From: a virus | DNA length: 64,000 nucleotides | Direction: 5' to 3' (one strand) | Virus record (IMG/VR): IMGVR_UViG_3300036770_005214 | Span: 1 to 64,000 of that record | Notes under the pieces: model-generated | The model's database searches: none | Seen by the model: only the letters and a program-made list of their open reading frames with translations | What the model was told of the DNA's origin: nothing | Translations under genes and position numbers: made by a program | Part shown: positions 26,533-36,976 of the stretch, piece by piece | How positions within the stretch are numbered: position 1 is the stretch's first letter | How the letters are laid out: every line of letters begins with the position of its first letter

Positions 26533-26561
26533 AGTCCGAAGGGGGTAAGGGGTAAGGGGGG

Positions 26562-26975
26562 TCACCACTCCCGGCTCACGGGGGCGTAGTCCCGCACGCA
26601 GGCAAGCCCCCGCAGGGAGACCTCAAAGGCGGGGGCCTGGAAGTCCGAGACCTCGAAGTACAAGGAGGCCTCGGTCGGGGTGCTCTCGCTCCCGTAGGCG
26701 TAGGGGTTGCCGGGGCAGGCCCCCACGGCGGCCAGGGAGCGGGCGAAGTCCTCCCGCGTGTGCAGGTCGACCCGGTAGTGGACCCGGCATAGCTGGTCCT
26801 CGGGCGAGGCGAACCGGACCCGGCTAGTCCCGCCCCAGCGGACGGTGTGTCGACCCAGGCCGCAGCGAGCACAGACCTCCATCTCGTGAAGGACGGGCCA
26901 CAAGAGGGCCGGTCTGCACCGGGGATACCAGATGTGCGGGGCGCCGGCGCAGGAAGACTCGTGATGCTGGGCCAT
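26562..26975 (-). CDS. Hypothetical protein (Cys/His-rich N-terminus)
   Basis: AGGAG RBS and the spacer-palindrome promoter upstream. Confidence 0.55.
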   Translation of the reverse strand: MAQHHESSCAGAPHIWYPRCRPALLWPVLHEMEVCARCGLGRHTVRWGGTSRVRFASPEDQLCRVHYRVDLHTREDFARSLAAVGACPGNPYAYGSESTPTEASLYFEVSDFQAPAFEVSLRGLACVRDYAPVSREW

Positions 26976-27085
26976 TCTCTCTCCTGCCCAAAGGATAGCC
27001 CGTCGGGCTCTGTCCGCCTACCACTCGGCGGGTCAATCTTTCCGATCGACTTGCGTACTGTGTGCCGCTGGGCTACGACGTGGCC

Positions 27086-29437
27086 ATGCCTGATCTGCTT
27101 CCGCCGTTCGTCCGAGTCCGTGGGGCTCGGTGCCACGTCTTCGTCCGCCCGTGCCTTCCGCCCGATGTGACCTCCGTTCTGGAGACCATGCCCGGCGTCG
27201 ACTGCATCACGGGGCCGGGCGAGACCTCGATCGCCATCCCGGTTCACGCCTACGAAACGGTGTGGCCCTTCCTGTCGAGCGCCATCCAGCGGTACATGGC
27301 GCAGGGTTGGACCGCCAACGTGCTCTGGGGCTGGCGAAAGGACTACAAAGGCCGCCCGGCGCCCTACCAGCCCTTTCCGATCCAGGTCGACCCGGAGCGG
27401 GTGCCCGGCTTGGCGCCGGCGACCTACGAGCTTCAGCTACCGCATCAGGTCGCGGCTTGGCGTCGGTTCTTCACGCGGGGCTGCTCGCTTGAGGAGGTTC
27501 CGACGGGCGGCGGGAAGACGCTGATCGCGCTCGGGGCGGCGGCGGGCTGCCGGGCGATGGGCTGGCGCGTGCTGCTCGTCTGCCGGCCCGGCTCCGAGGG
27601 GCACTGGGAAGCGGAGATCGAGAAGTGGCTCGATCCTGCCATCGTGGGTGGAATCACCATCCTGCGGGGCGAGAACGGCTGCGCGGTCCGCATCTACCAG
27701 GAGAAGCGCAAGGAGGTGCTGATCCCTCTCCTGCCGTGGGAGAAGGTGCGCGAACTCGGGAAGGCGAACGGGGTCAAGGGGCTCGGGCCGAAGCTGGCGG
27801 GCGCCTGGGTCGTGGGCGAGCCGCTGCCGGCGACGCTCGTCTCCAAGGCGGTGCGGGAGTCGGTCATCGCGTTCGGGTTCGCTCGGGCGGAGATCGTGGT
27901 CAGCGAGCCCCGGCGCTACGTCATCTATGACGAGGACGTTGGCAAGGCGGTGCGCACCTACACGGATGCGGACGGGCGCGAACTGGCCCAGCAGGACGGC
28001 TCCTTCCGGTTCGTCCCGGCCCTGGAGCAAGCGGAGACGGCGGCCCGGCTGCTCAATGACACCCTGCGAACGGAAGCGCAGATCGTGATCGTTTCGTCGT
28101 CGGTGCTCTCGAACCGGCGCAAGTCGCTGCGGGCCTGGGAGCCCCAGGTGGTGATCCTCGACGAGTCGCACGAGTACGCGGACTGGAGTCGGTGGACGCG
28201 CATCCCCCCGAAGGAGGTCGGACACCGCCCGACCTACGTCCTGAAAGAGTCGCAGGCGGCGAGCGGCTGGTACGTCAGCGAGCGGGCGTCGGCGCTCCTG
28301 CTCCTCTCGGCGACGCCCGACCCGGACCGGCGCCGGCAACTGTGGGCGCAGTATGACCTGCTCGATCCGAAGGGCTGGGGCTCGTTCCGTCAGTGGACGC
28401 AGCGGTATTGCGGCGCCCGTGAGCAAGAGGTCGGCGCGGGCCGCGTCATCTGGAACAGCAGCGGCGAGCTTCGCAAGGGCGTACCCATCCCCGTGCCGCC
28501 CGAGCTAGAGGCCGAGCTACGCGCTCGCGGGCAGTGGCTCCACGCGATCACGCCCCGGTCGGAGTCCCATCGGGCCATCCCGCCTATCAACCGGCAACTG
28601 ATCTGGCTCGGTCGTGACAAGCTCGCGACGCCGGCGAAAGACCCCGAGTTTCGACTTCCCACGCGGACGATGCACGACAAGCTCAATCGGCTGCTTGACC
28701 TCGCAGCGGAGATGAAGCGGACCGAGGCGGTCAAGCGGGCTTGGGGCCGGATGCAGGAAGGCACGCGGGGCGTGATCTTGACGGGCTCGCACGCGTCCGC
28801 GAACCGCATCGCCGAGTCGCTGCGCAAGAAGGTGGGGGACAAGCTCTTCACCGACGAGAAGACCGGGAGCGTGGTGCAGTACAAAGTGGTGCTGTCGCAC
28901 GGTGGAACGGACGACCAAGAGGACCGCCGGCCGGTCCTGCTCGACTTCATGCGCTGCCAGCAGTGCGGGAAGATCAACACCTCCACCTGCGGCCACAAGT
29001 CCCCGGGGGCCTTGATCGGAACCACGGATGCCTGGGGCCAGGGCTGGGATGGGATGCAGTTCGTTCACTGGGCGAGCATCGTCCGGCTCCCGTGGAACCA
29101 CGGCCGGCTGCTCCAACTGGAGGGGCGCTTCGAGCGGTTGGGGGGTCTGTGGAGCGTCGAGGTTGAGTACCTGTTGGCGCTCCACACGATCGACGAGCGG
29201 TTGCTTCGCACGGTGCTCGGCAAGGGGGAGGCGAGCCTGCGCCTCTTCGGCCGGGATGACCTGGAGCGGCTGACGCGAGGGCTTCGCGAAGAAGAGAGCG
29301 AGGCGGACATTCTGGGTGCGATGCTCGCCGGCCTGATCGGCGAGGACGAGGAAGGCGACGAGGACGAAGAGCCGTTCGATGTGCGGTCCACGGTGGAGCG
29401 TGCAGTCGAGCGGGGAACAGACCGAGAAGAGTTCTAG
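27086..29437 (+). CDS. Superfamily 2 (SNF2-like) helicase
   Basis: PTGGGKT, ILDESH, LSATP and QLEGRFER motifs, plus a CQQC Zn insert. Confidence 0.85.
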   Translation: MPDLLPPFVRVRGARCHVFVRPCLPPDVTSVLETMPGVDCITGPGETSIAIPVHAYETVWPFLSSAIQRYMAQGWTANVLWGWRKDYKGRPAPYQPFPIQVDPERVPGLAPATYELQLPHQVAAWRRFFTRGCSLEEVPTGGGKTLIALGAAAGCRAMGWRVLLVCRPGSEGHWEAEIEKWLDPAIVGGITILRGENGCAVRIYQEKRKEVLIPLLPWEKVRELGKANGVKGLGPKLAGAWVVGEPLPATLVSKAVRESVIAFGFARAEIVVSEPRRYVIYDEDVGKAVRTYTDADGRELAQQDGSFRFVPALEQAETAARLLNDTLRTEAQIVIVSSSVLSNRRKSLRAWEPQVVILDESHEYADWSRWTRIPPKEVGHRPTYVLKESQAASGWYVSERASALLLLSATPDPDRRRQLWAQYDLLDPKGWGSFRQWTQRYCGAREQEVGAGRVIWNSSGELRKGVPIPVPPELEAELRARGQWLHAITPRSESHRAIPPINRQLIWLGRDKLATPAKDPEFRLPTRTMHDKLNRLLDLAAEMKRTEAVKRAWGRMQEGTRGVILTGSHASANRIAESLRKKVGDKLFTDEKTGSVVQYKVVLSHGGTDDQEDRRPVLLDFMRCQQCGKINTSTCGHKSPGALIGTTDAWGQGWDGMQFVHWASIVRLPWNHGRLLQLEGRFERLGGLWSVEVEYLLALHTIDERLLRTVLGKGEASLRLFGRDDLERLTRGLREEESEADILGAMLAGLIGEDEEGDEDEEPFDVRSTVERAVERGTDREEF

Positions 29438-29446
29438 GAGGGAAGG

Positions 29447-31978
29447 ATGGGACCGGAGATCGTGAAGTTTGCGACCCGAAACTACTCGGGCGAGAAAGTG
29501 GACTGCTATCTGGTCGAGGAGCGCGACCCGCCCAAGGCAGAGCCGAAGGCCGAGGTCGGTCACTTGGTCCTGGTCCTCGACCGGTCGGGCTCCATGTACG
29601 GGGACCGGATCGAAGAGGCGAAGTGGGCCATTCAGCGGGTCATCACGCTGCAAGGGTTCCTGCACGAGCAGACCCGCATCTCCTTCTATGGCTACTCTTC
29701 GGACGGAGACGTGACGGAGTATTGGCACGACTGGCCGGCGAACGACATCCTCCTGCCGCACGCGTCGACCATCCAGAGCATCCAGGCCGGCGGCCTGACC
29801 TGCGTAACGCAGGTGCTCGACGAGGTGATGCAGGGGGTTGGCGACGAGACGACGGCCATCGTGCTGCACTCCGATGGGTGGTTCAACGACCCGAGCCCGA
29901 CTGCGGAGCGCAGGGGGATTCGCAACTGGATCGAGTCGGTTCGTCCGCGCAAGAACGTCATGGTCAACACCATCGCCTACGGAGACGCCGACTTCGGCAT
30001 CCTCTCCGAGATGGCCAACGCCCTGTCGGGCCGGTGCGTCCAGACGACGGATAGCAAGGTGCTGTACGAGGTGATGCACGACACCGCGAAGCTCATTAGC
30101 GGTCGGGTGTGCCCGGTCATCGAACTGACCGACGAGGACGACTACAAGACCGCGGTCAACATCACGCAGCGCCGGGTCAACGGCTCGGCGACGGCCCTGT
30201 TCATCCGGGGCGTGGCGCCCGATGACTCCCTGCGCACCTACCACTACCGGAAGGTGACGGCGGAGGAGTACGACGCGTCCGAGGCGCATGAGGTGTTCGG
30301 GCATCCGGCCGTCTACGCGTTCGCGCGGGCGAAGCTGGCGGAGGGCTCGCTGAACGCGGCCAAGTATGCGTTGATCGCCACCCGCGACCGGGCGTTGATT
30401 GAGGCGCACGCGAAGGCGCTGACCTCGACGCAACTCCTGGCGCTGGCGCAAGACCTGGAGGGCCGTCTGTATGACGTGCAGGCGAGCGACTTCCAAGACC
30501 GGTATGGCGTGCTCGACTCTCGCATGGCGATTACGGAGATCGCAGCCCTTCTCCAGGCGAACAAGAACGCGTACCGCGTCCACCTGCACCGGTTCCTTCC
30601 GACCTACAAGCGGCGTGGTCTGCGCCGGCTGCAAGGCCACTGGGGGATGGATGGGTTCGTCCCGGCCCCGTACATCGCGACGGCGCGCCACATCCACGAC
30701 GCGTTGGAAGCGACCTTCGAGTACAACAACGAGAACGCGACCTTGAACATGACGGTGAGCATCCCCGCGGTGCTTATGGACCGCGAGACGGAAGAGGAGA
30801 TTGATTCCGTCGCCGGTCACAGCCTCGACCGCTTCTCGCTGTACCGCTCCTACACCCTGGTCGGGGACGGCAACGTGAACGTGGACGTGCTTCCGATCAC
30901 GATCAACGACAAGCGGCTGCACGCAGCCCTGGTCGCGGGCGGCGCCTTGCCCGACGAGCCCTATAACCACAAGCAACTGTACGAGATCAAGCTCCACAGC
31001 CATCCCCTTGTCCCCTTCCGGCCCATCGCAGCCCCGAGCAGCGCCGACATTGTTCGGCTGGCTTACCTGCGGGCGATCCGGTCGGTCTTCGAGGCGCTTG
31101 TGGACGACAAGGCCGTCGCATCGGTCGCGTGGACGGACGAGCAACTGGCCGAACTCAAGGCGCACCACCTGACGCGAACGCTCGGGTTCAACCCGCCGAC
31201 GGTGCTCCCGTATCAGCAGATGGCCGATGCGCTGGCGACTGGGCTTGCTGACTCGCGGGTCAGTTATGAGGTCATCGTCGGCTTGGGCGACAAGGAGGAC
31301 CCCACGAGGGCCCTGCCGGTGCTGTCGGATATGCCGAGCGCGAACGAGGTCTTCGGCCGGTACTTCACCGCCACCCGGGAGCGCCCGGACACCGCGCCTG
31401 TGGAAGGCGTCGAGTTTGACGCCGCTGGCAAGGTGAAGAAGGCGAAGCTGTCGCTGCTCCGCAAGGGGTTCGCGGGAGAGTCCAAGGCCCCGAAGGCGCT
31501 GGCCCGTCTGAAGCGGCAGCCGTTTGACGACATCTTCAACGACGTGCTGACCTTGTTCGTCGAGAACCGGGCCCCGTCGCCGGCGTGGCAGCGGCAGCTT
31601 GCGGTCGGCGAGGCCCTGGAAGCGGCTGGCGTGACCGTGACGCGGGACCTCTTCGACCTGAAAGCGCCTGACTTCGACGTGCGGCTCGCGGAGGCCACGG
31701 CGGCCGTCGAGCGGGAGATCGAACGCATGTACGACGAGAAGATCCGTCCCCTGGTGTTCTTCATCGGCTCGTCGGGCCTCGTGCCGGACGAGTGGAAGGG
31801 GGCGACCATGCTCACCGAAGAGGAGGTGTCGTCGGTGGCGCCGGGCGTCTCGGGGGGCAACTTTGTGTGGTTTGAGGACCGGGGCTTGCTCGTGACCATC
31901 CGCACGAAGGTCGCCTACTACAGCACCGAGGAAGGCCTCGCGGCGGCGAAGGCTCTCCAGGCGCCGGAGTACGTCTGA
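29447..31978 (+). CDS. Large vWA-domain protein (843 aa)
   Basis: N-terminal MIDAS LVLDRSGSM...GGLT...HSDG. Confidence 0.85.
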   Translation: MGPEIVKFATRNYSGEKVDCYLVEERDPPKAEPKAEVGHLVLVLDRSGSMYGDRIEEAKWAIQRVITLQGFLHEQTRISFYGYSSDGDVTEYWHDWPANDILLPHASTIQSIQAGGLTCVTQVLDEVMQGVGDETTAIVLHSDGWFNDPSPTAERRGIRNWIESVRPRKNVMVNTIAYGDADFGILSEMANALSGRCVQTTDSKVLYEVMHDTAKLISGRVCPVIELTDEDDYKTAVNITQRRVNGSATALFIRGVAPDDSLRTYHYRKVTAEEYDASEAHEVFGHPAVYAFARAKLAEGSLNAAKYALIATRDRALIEAHAKALTSTQLLALAQDLEGRLYDVQASDFQDRYGVLDSRMAITEIAALLQANKNAYRVHLHRFLPTYKRRGLRRLQGHWGMDGFVPAPYIATARHIHDALEATFEYNNENATLNMTVSIPAVLMDRETEEEIDSVAGHSLDRFSLYRSYTLVGDGNVNVDVLPITINDKRLHAALVAGGALPDEPYNHKQLYEIKLHSHPLVPFRPIAAPSSADIVRLAYLRAIRSVFEALVDDKAVASVAWTDEQLAELKAHHLTRTLGFNPPTVLPYQQMADALATGLADSRVSYEVIVGLGDKEDPTRALPVLSDMPSANEVFGRYFTATRERPDTAPVEGVEFDAAGKVKKAKLSLLRKGFAGESKAPKALARLKRQPFDDIFNDVLTLFVENRAPSPAWQRQLAVGEALEAAGVTVTRDLFDLKAPDFDVRLAEATAAVEREIERMYDEKIRPLVFFIGSSGLVPDEWKGATMLTEEEVSSVAPGVSGGNFVWFEDRGLLVTIRTKVAYYSTEEGLAAAKALQAPEYV

Positions 31979-32733
31979 TGCCTCGCCGCTCCTCTTGGAT
32001 TCGGGAGTCGACCCGCTTCGCGATCTACCTGCGAGACGAGTTGACGTGTGTCTGGTGTGGGCGGACCCACGACGAAGGGATCACGCTCACCCTCGACCAC
32101 ATCGAGAACCGAAGCGAGGGGGGCGGCAACGAGTGGGACAACATCGTGACCGCGTGTTGGCGCTGCAACAGCCAGCACGTCGGTCAGAAGGGTACGCGGA
32201 CGAAAGAGGTGCGGAGGCGGCTGGAACGCTCCCGCGCCCGCAACGCGCAGGCGGACGCCTACCGGGTCGCGGCCCGCATCGTGACGTCACAAGCGGTCGG
32301 GTGGGTATCGGAGATCAAGCGACGCTCGCTCATGGCGAGAGGGGAGGAAGGCGTGACGTGGCAGCAGGTCGTGAACATCACGAAGGGTGCGAAGTACGAC
32401 GTGTACGTCGGAAGGCCCGGCAAGGGGCAAGACGGGTACTTCGGGAACCCAGTCGAGCTACGCAAGCCCTGCCCCGTGTGCGGCGGTACGCACTGGACGC
32501 GGAGCGACACAATCGGGTGCTTCGAGGTCCACGCCCGCGCCCGTGGCGAGCGCGACCCCGAGTACCGCGCCCGGGTCGCCGACCTGCACGACAAGGTGCT
32601 CGGGTGTTTCTGCTCCCCGGCGCCCTGCCACGGCGAGGTGCTGCTACGTCTCGCGCAAGAGTGGGAGGGCGAGCGGCAGACGGCCCGTGCGGAAGCGGCG
32701 GGCATCTACTACGACGAGACAATCCCCTTCTAG
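31978..32733 (+). CDS. HNH endonuclease fused to a DUF4326-like domain
   Basis: RD..TCVWC...LTLDHI...NIVTACWRCN, then YDVYVGRP...FGNP...LGCFCSPAPCHGEVL. Confidence 0.85.
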   Translation: MPRRSSWIRESTRFAIYLRDELTCVWCGRTHDEGITLTLDHIENRSEGGGNEWDNIVTACWRCNSQHVGQKGTRTKEVRRRLERSRARNAQADAYRVAARIVTSQAVGWVSEIKRRSLMARGEEGVTWQQVVNITKGAKYDVYVGRPGKGQDGYFGNPVELRKPCPVCGGTHWTRSDTIGCFEVHARARGERDPEYRARVADLHDKVLGCFCSPAPCHGEVLLRLAQEWEGERQTARAEAAGIYYDETIPF

Positions 32734-32786
32734 GGGTTGCGCAGGCGTGCCCCCTGGGCTACGAGGCGAGCAGATGAGGTGGTCCG

Positions 32787-33827
32787 ATGGCACGGCGAAA
32801 GAAACCAGTGGAGGGGCAGGTTGCGCTTCCATTCAGCAGCCCGCCCGTCCCGGCGCCGCCCGCGGTAGAGGCTGTGAGTGAGTCGGGGGGCACACTCATG
32901 GGGCAACGGGACGAGAGCGGCACGACGCCGTTTGTGGACTCCCCCTCTACACCGCGGACGCCCCCACGGCCATTGATCAAGTGGATCGGCGGCAAGGTCG
33001 CGCTCGCATCGCCCATCGTCGACTGGTACGCGGCCCGCTCGGACGGTACGCCGATCACCTGGGTCGAGCCGTTCTTCGGCGCCGGCTCGGTGTACGCGGA
33101 AGCGTGGGCCCGGCTCCCCATCGTCGCGGCCAGTGTCAGCGACGGCTCGCCCGAGTTGGCGAACCTGTGGACCTATGTCAAGAACGCCCCGCTGACGCTC
33201 GCGGCCGAGTACGAGGGCTGGCGGCTGCGTCAGGAGGCAGCAGACCCGGCGACGCTGGGCGAGGCGGTGTTCTATGAGGCCCGCGATCGGGCGCAGGGCG
33301 ACACGGTAGAGGCCGCGGGCGCGTTCCTGTTCGTGAACCGCACCAGCTTCAACGGGCTGTGGCGCGTCAACAAGAAAGGCAAGGCCAACCCGTCCTGGGG
33401 GAAGCGGTACGCCCCGAAGATCGTGGCGCTGGCCGACTGGATTCCCCTGTTCTCCGGGTTCACTCTGGTCGGGAACCAGACTTGGAGGCCGCTCCCGCCG
33501 GCGGCGATGAAGCCGCTACCGGGACGGGGGCAGACCTTTGTGTACTGCGACCCGCCTTACCCGGGCACCTATGACCTGTATGTGCCCGAGCGCCTGGACC
33601 ACGCCGCCCTGGCGCGATGGGTGGCGGAGCTTGGCACCCATCGGGGCATCGTCGCCGCCATCTCGGGCACCGACTCGGAAGCCGAGCACGCCATCTATGG
33701 GGCCGCGGGCCTCGTGCCAGAGCCCATCGGCGAGTATCACCGCCGCTGCGGGCGCACGGCGCAGAGCCGCATCCGAGTCGTCGAGACGTTGTGGACACTA
33801 CCGCGGAGGGAAGGATGGTCGAGCTAA
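32787..33827 (+). CDS. dam: Dam-like N6-adenine DNA methyltransferase (D12 class)
   Basis: KWIGGK, EPFFGAGSV, FNGLWRVNKKG and YCDPPY. Confidence 0.9.
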   Translation: MARRKKPVEGQVALPFSSPPVPAPPAVEAVSESGGTLMGQRDESGTTPFVDSPSTPRTPPRPLIKWIGGKVALASPIVDWYAARSDGTPITWVEPFFGAGSVYAEAWARLPIVAASVSDGSPELANLWTYVKNAPLTLAAEYEGWRLRQEAADPATLGEAVFYEARDRAQGDTVEAAGAFLFVNRTSFNGLWRVNKKGKANPSWGKRYAPKIVALADWIPLFSGFTLVGNQTWRPLPPAAMKPLPGRGQTFVYCDPPYPGTYDLYVPERLDHAALARWVAELGTHRGIVAAISGTDSEAEHAIYGAAGLVPEPIGEYHRRCGRTAQSRIRVVETLWTLPRREGWSS

Positions 33828-35173
33828 CGGAGGAGCAAGAGGCAGCAGTGGTGGAGATCATGTCCTGGGAAGGGGACGACTTCATCCTGGCGGGCGCAGC
33901 AGGGACCGGAAAGACGACCATCATGCGCGAGGTCGCCGACCGTATGTCAGCGGGCCGGTCGGGGGCGGTTCATCTTCTCGCCCCGACCAACCAAGCGGCC
34001 CGCCGGCTGGCGAAGCTGACGGGGTATGAGACGCTGACGATCCACAAGCTCATCTATGGCAAGCCCGAGGAGCTTCCGAACGGCTCGCTCGTGTTCCCTC
34101 CGCCTCGCCTGACGGAGGACTACGACCCGGCGGCGACCTACATCGTGGACGAGGCGTCGATGGTCGGGAAGCGGCTCGGCGAAGACTTGCGCTCCATCGT
34201 GTCGGGCTTGATCGTGTGGGTCGGCGACCAGGAGCAGTTGAAGCCGGTAGAGGAGACGCCCTACGTCGACCTGCTACGGGCGAACTTCACGCTCGGCACG
34301 GTCCACCGGCAGGCGAAGGGGTCGAAGACGTTGGCCATCGCGACGGAAGTGCGCGCCTTCTCGGCGAACACGCCGCCGGTCCCCCGGCAAGCCTCCCTGT
34401 GGGCGCTGACGCAGCGGCATGGCGTGTCGATGATGGCGTCGGGGAGCGTGACGGCGGCGGCGCAGCGGCTCTTGCACCTGCACCAGAACCCCGACTCGCA
34501 AAGCTCGGTCATCCTCGCGTGGCGCAACGCGGTCCGGCGGGCGACCAACGCGGAGTATCGGCGCATCTGCGCGGCCTCGACGCCGCTGCACCCGGGTGAG
34601 CGGCTGGTGGTGCAGAACAACCACTACAGCGAGGGCTACCTGAATGGGGACGTGCTCCGCGTCCGGCAGGTGGAGTGGCGCGACACGCCGGCATGGCTCG
34701 CGGACTTGCTGGGCCGCCGCATGGCCACCTTCTATGTCGAGGGCGACGACAAGCCGCTCTACACGACGGACTGGCTCTTGCACGGTACGCCGGGCTCGCT
34801 CGAAGAGAAGGACAAGATCGCGGGCGTCGTCTACCCGCCGGGCCTGTCGCGGCGCGACTATATGCAGGCCATCGCGATGGCCCGGGACCGCGCCAAGACG
34901 ATGTATGGCAGCGAGCAGGCGACCCAGGAACAGCTAGACAACCTGGAGAAGATCAATCGCGGCCTGTCGCGGATGCTGTACGTTGACTACGCCTACTGTA
35001 TGACCGTCCACCGCTTCCAGGGTAGCCAAGCGCACACGGTCGTGCTCGTGTGGGAGCAGGAGTGGATGTGGACGGGGAAGAAGGCGCCGCCCGACCGCCG
35101 AGACGACACGCGGCGGTGGCTCTACACCGCCCTGACGCGCGCCGAGAAAGACGTGTTCGTCGTGCAGTTGTGA
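33815..35173 (+). CDS. SF1B Dda/RecD-like helicase
   Basis: GAAGTGKT, APTNQAA, TIHK, VDEASM, GDQEQL, TVHRFQGSQ and YTALTRA. Start reassigned to ATG 33815. Confidence 0.9.
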   Translation: MVELTEEQEAAVVEIMSWEGDDFILAGAAGTGKTTIMREVADRMSAGRSGAVHLLAPTNQAARRLAKLTGYETLTIHKLIYGKPEELPNGSLVFPPPRLTEDYDPAATYIVDEASMVGKRLGEDLRSIVSGLIVWVGDQEQLKPVEETPYVDLLRANFTLGTVHRQAKGSKTLAIATEVRAFSANTPPVPRQASLWALTQRHGVSMMASGSVTAAAQRLLHLHQNPDSQSSVILAWRNAVRRATNAEYRRICAASTPLHPGERLVVQNNHYSEGYLNGDVLRVRQVEWRDTPAWLADLLGRRMATFYVEGDDKPLYTTDWLLHGTPGSLEEKDKIAGVVYPPGLSRRDYMQAIAMARDRAKTMYGSEQATQEQLDNLEKINRGLSRMLYVDYAYCMTVHRFQGSQAHTVVLVWEQEWMWTGKKAPPDRRDDTRRWLYTALTRAEKDVFVVQL

Positions 35174-35470
35174 GGTGGCCCAATGGCATCCGAGCAACCT
35201 GTGTTCTGTGCGGAACCCCAGTCTGCTACACCGGACGCGAGCCCGGTGGCATGGTCGTGCTGGTGCCTCGCTGCGGTTCGTGCCGTTCCTTCCGTCCGCT
35301 ACTTCACGGTGGTGAGCGAACCGGGGTCGAGGAGGCTTCACGCCGTCGCGACGCCTGGGTGCGCCTCCACGCTGCCATCGAGTACACCGCCCCCTGATCT
35401 CTCCCACCCGGTACAACCTCGCTCGCCCTTGTGAGCCCTCCGGGTTACACGGTGGCCGGAGGATGGACCG

Positions 35471-36976
35471 ATGCCGGACTTTCAAGTCAAGCTGGTGGCG
35501 CCGAACGACAACCACATGCGCCAGTTGCGTTTCGCGATCAGCGGCAGCACGGGCAACGTGAAGGAAGGGGACAGCGGCGGCTACCAGACCGCGGCGAATG
35601 ACGCCAACGCGCAACAGAAGCTAGAACTGGCGTTGCTCCAGTTTCATAGCCAGTTGGCCCGGCTCACCGTCTGGCGCTCCTTCGGAACAGGCAACGGGGA
35701 ACTGCTCGATCTGGACGAGATGATTCGGACCTCCGCCCCCGGCACCTTGCCTCCCGTCCAAGTCCCCGTGCAGACCGCACCGAAGCTGGTCCCGACGCCG
35801 GGCCTGACGCCGGGCGAGATGATTCCACGGTACAACCCGGACGGGGGCATCTTCGCCTATGAGGGCGTGGACGAGGACGGCAAGACGTTCGCGTACCAAG
35901 TCAAGCAACTCAAGCCCGCGAACATCCGCATCGTGGAGTGGCCGGCGAAGCCCATCCCATTCCGCGAACAGCCCGGCAACGCCTACGATCTCATCCGGCT
36001 GCGCAAGACGAGCAACGACGAGCGCCTGAGGATCGACCTGCGCAAGCCCGGCCCGCATCGCGTCGTCGTGCGCATGGGGGATATGACCGCCGGAACGGGC
36101 CGGCACTACCGCGTCCAGTACGACCCGACGCAGCCGGCGGACCAGCGGTACGGGACCATGACGACGGACGCCTCGGGGGGTCTGACGGTGGTCGCCCGGT
36201 CCTCCAACTATGAGGCGGCGGTGTGGGCCATCGGCGTGTACGAGCGGGCGCAGCGCACCGGCTGGGAGCAGTGGGTCGAGAAGCAGTACGGGGCGGCGAT
36301 CAACCCGAACGGCCCGACGACCAGCGTCGCGACCGACCCCCAGACCCTTCAACCGGTCGGAATCCCCTCTCCTCTTCAGCCCCTTCACTCGGTCCCGCAG
36401 ATCTCCGCATCGGACGTAAACCCCGGTGACCCGACGCACGAGCCCAGCATCCGCCCGCCGATCGAAACGGGTGACCCATCCAACAAGCCCGACCTGCTCA
36501 CGCCCGAGATCGCCCTACTCAAGGGAAGGAACAGGGCCCTAGAGCAGCAGATCGAACAGATGGCAAAGCAGGTGGAGATCCCTGGCCCCGGCGTGGCGGC
36601 GGAGCTTGCTCGGGCTCGGTCTGACCTCAAGCTCCTTCGGTCGGGGCTGGAGGGTCTGGTGGGCGCGTCGCCGACGGCGAGCATCCATGACCTCGCCTCG
36701 CAGGTGTTCTTCCGGCTGCGCGAGCAGACGAACGAGTTGGCGGCATGGCGGCAGATCCGGGAGACCTTCCCGGCAGACCTCACCGATGCGGAGGTTATCG
36801 AGGCGGCCGTGTGGGCGGTCGACGCGGCCCGCAAGGCAAAGGAAGCGCAGCCGGCGGAAGGGAAGCGCACGGGCAGCCGTCGGAAGCGGGCCGAGCCGCA
36901 GACGCTCCCCGACCCGCTCCCCTTGCCGGTGGCGGAGGAGGAGGTGGGCGTTCTGCCCTCCGTGGAGGGGGCGTGA
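35471..36976 (+). CDS. Hypothetical protein with C-terminal coiled coil
   Basis: GGAGG RBS, long ORF, first gene of its operon. Confidence 0.7.
   Translation: MPDFQVKLVAPNDNHMRQLRFAISGSTGNVKEGDSGGYQTAANDANAQQKLELALLQFHSQLARLTVWRSFGTGNGELLDLDEMIRTSAPGTLPPVQVPVQTAPKLVPTPGLTPGEMIPRYNPDGGIFAYEGVDEDGKTFAYQVKQLKPANIRIVEWPAKPIPFREQPGNAYDLIRLRKTSNDERLRIDLRKPGPHRVVVRMGDMTAGTGRHYRVQYDPTQPADQRYGTMTTDASGGLTVVARSSNYEAAVWAIGVYERAQRTGWEQWVEKQYGAAINPNGPTTSVATDPQTLQPVGIPSPLQPLHSVPQISASDVNPGDPTHEPSIRPPIETGDPSNKPDLLTPEIALLKGRNRALEQQIEQMAKQVEIPGPGVAAELARARSDLKLLRSGLEGLVGASPTASIHDLASQVFFRLREQTNELAAWRQIRETFPADLTDAEVIEAAVWAVDAARKAKEAQPAEGKRTGSRRKRAEPQTLPDPLPLPVAEEEVGVLPSVEGA

Noticed and set aside
28517-31168. 883-aa minus-strand ORF
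   Set aside because: Antisense shadow of the helicase and vWA genes, typical of high-GC DNA, with no motifs.
32787-33827. Dam plus the upstream HNH as a restriction-modification system
   Set aside because: The MTase has its own promoter and is coupled to the Dda-like helicase. Orphan phage Dam is the simpler explanation.
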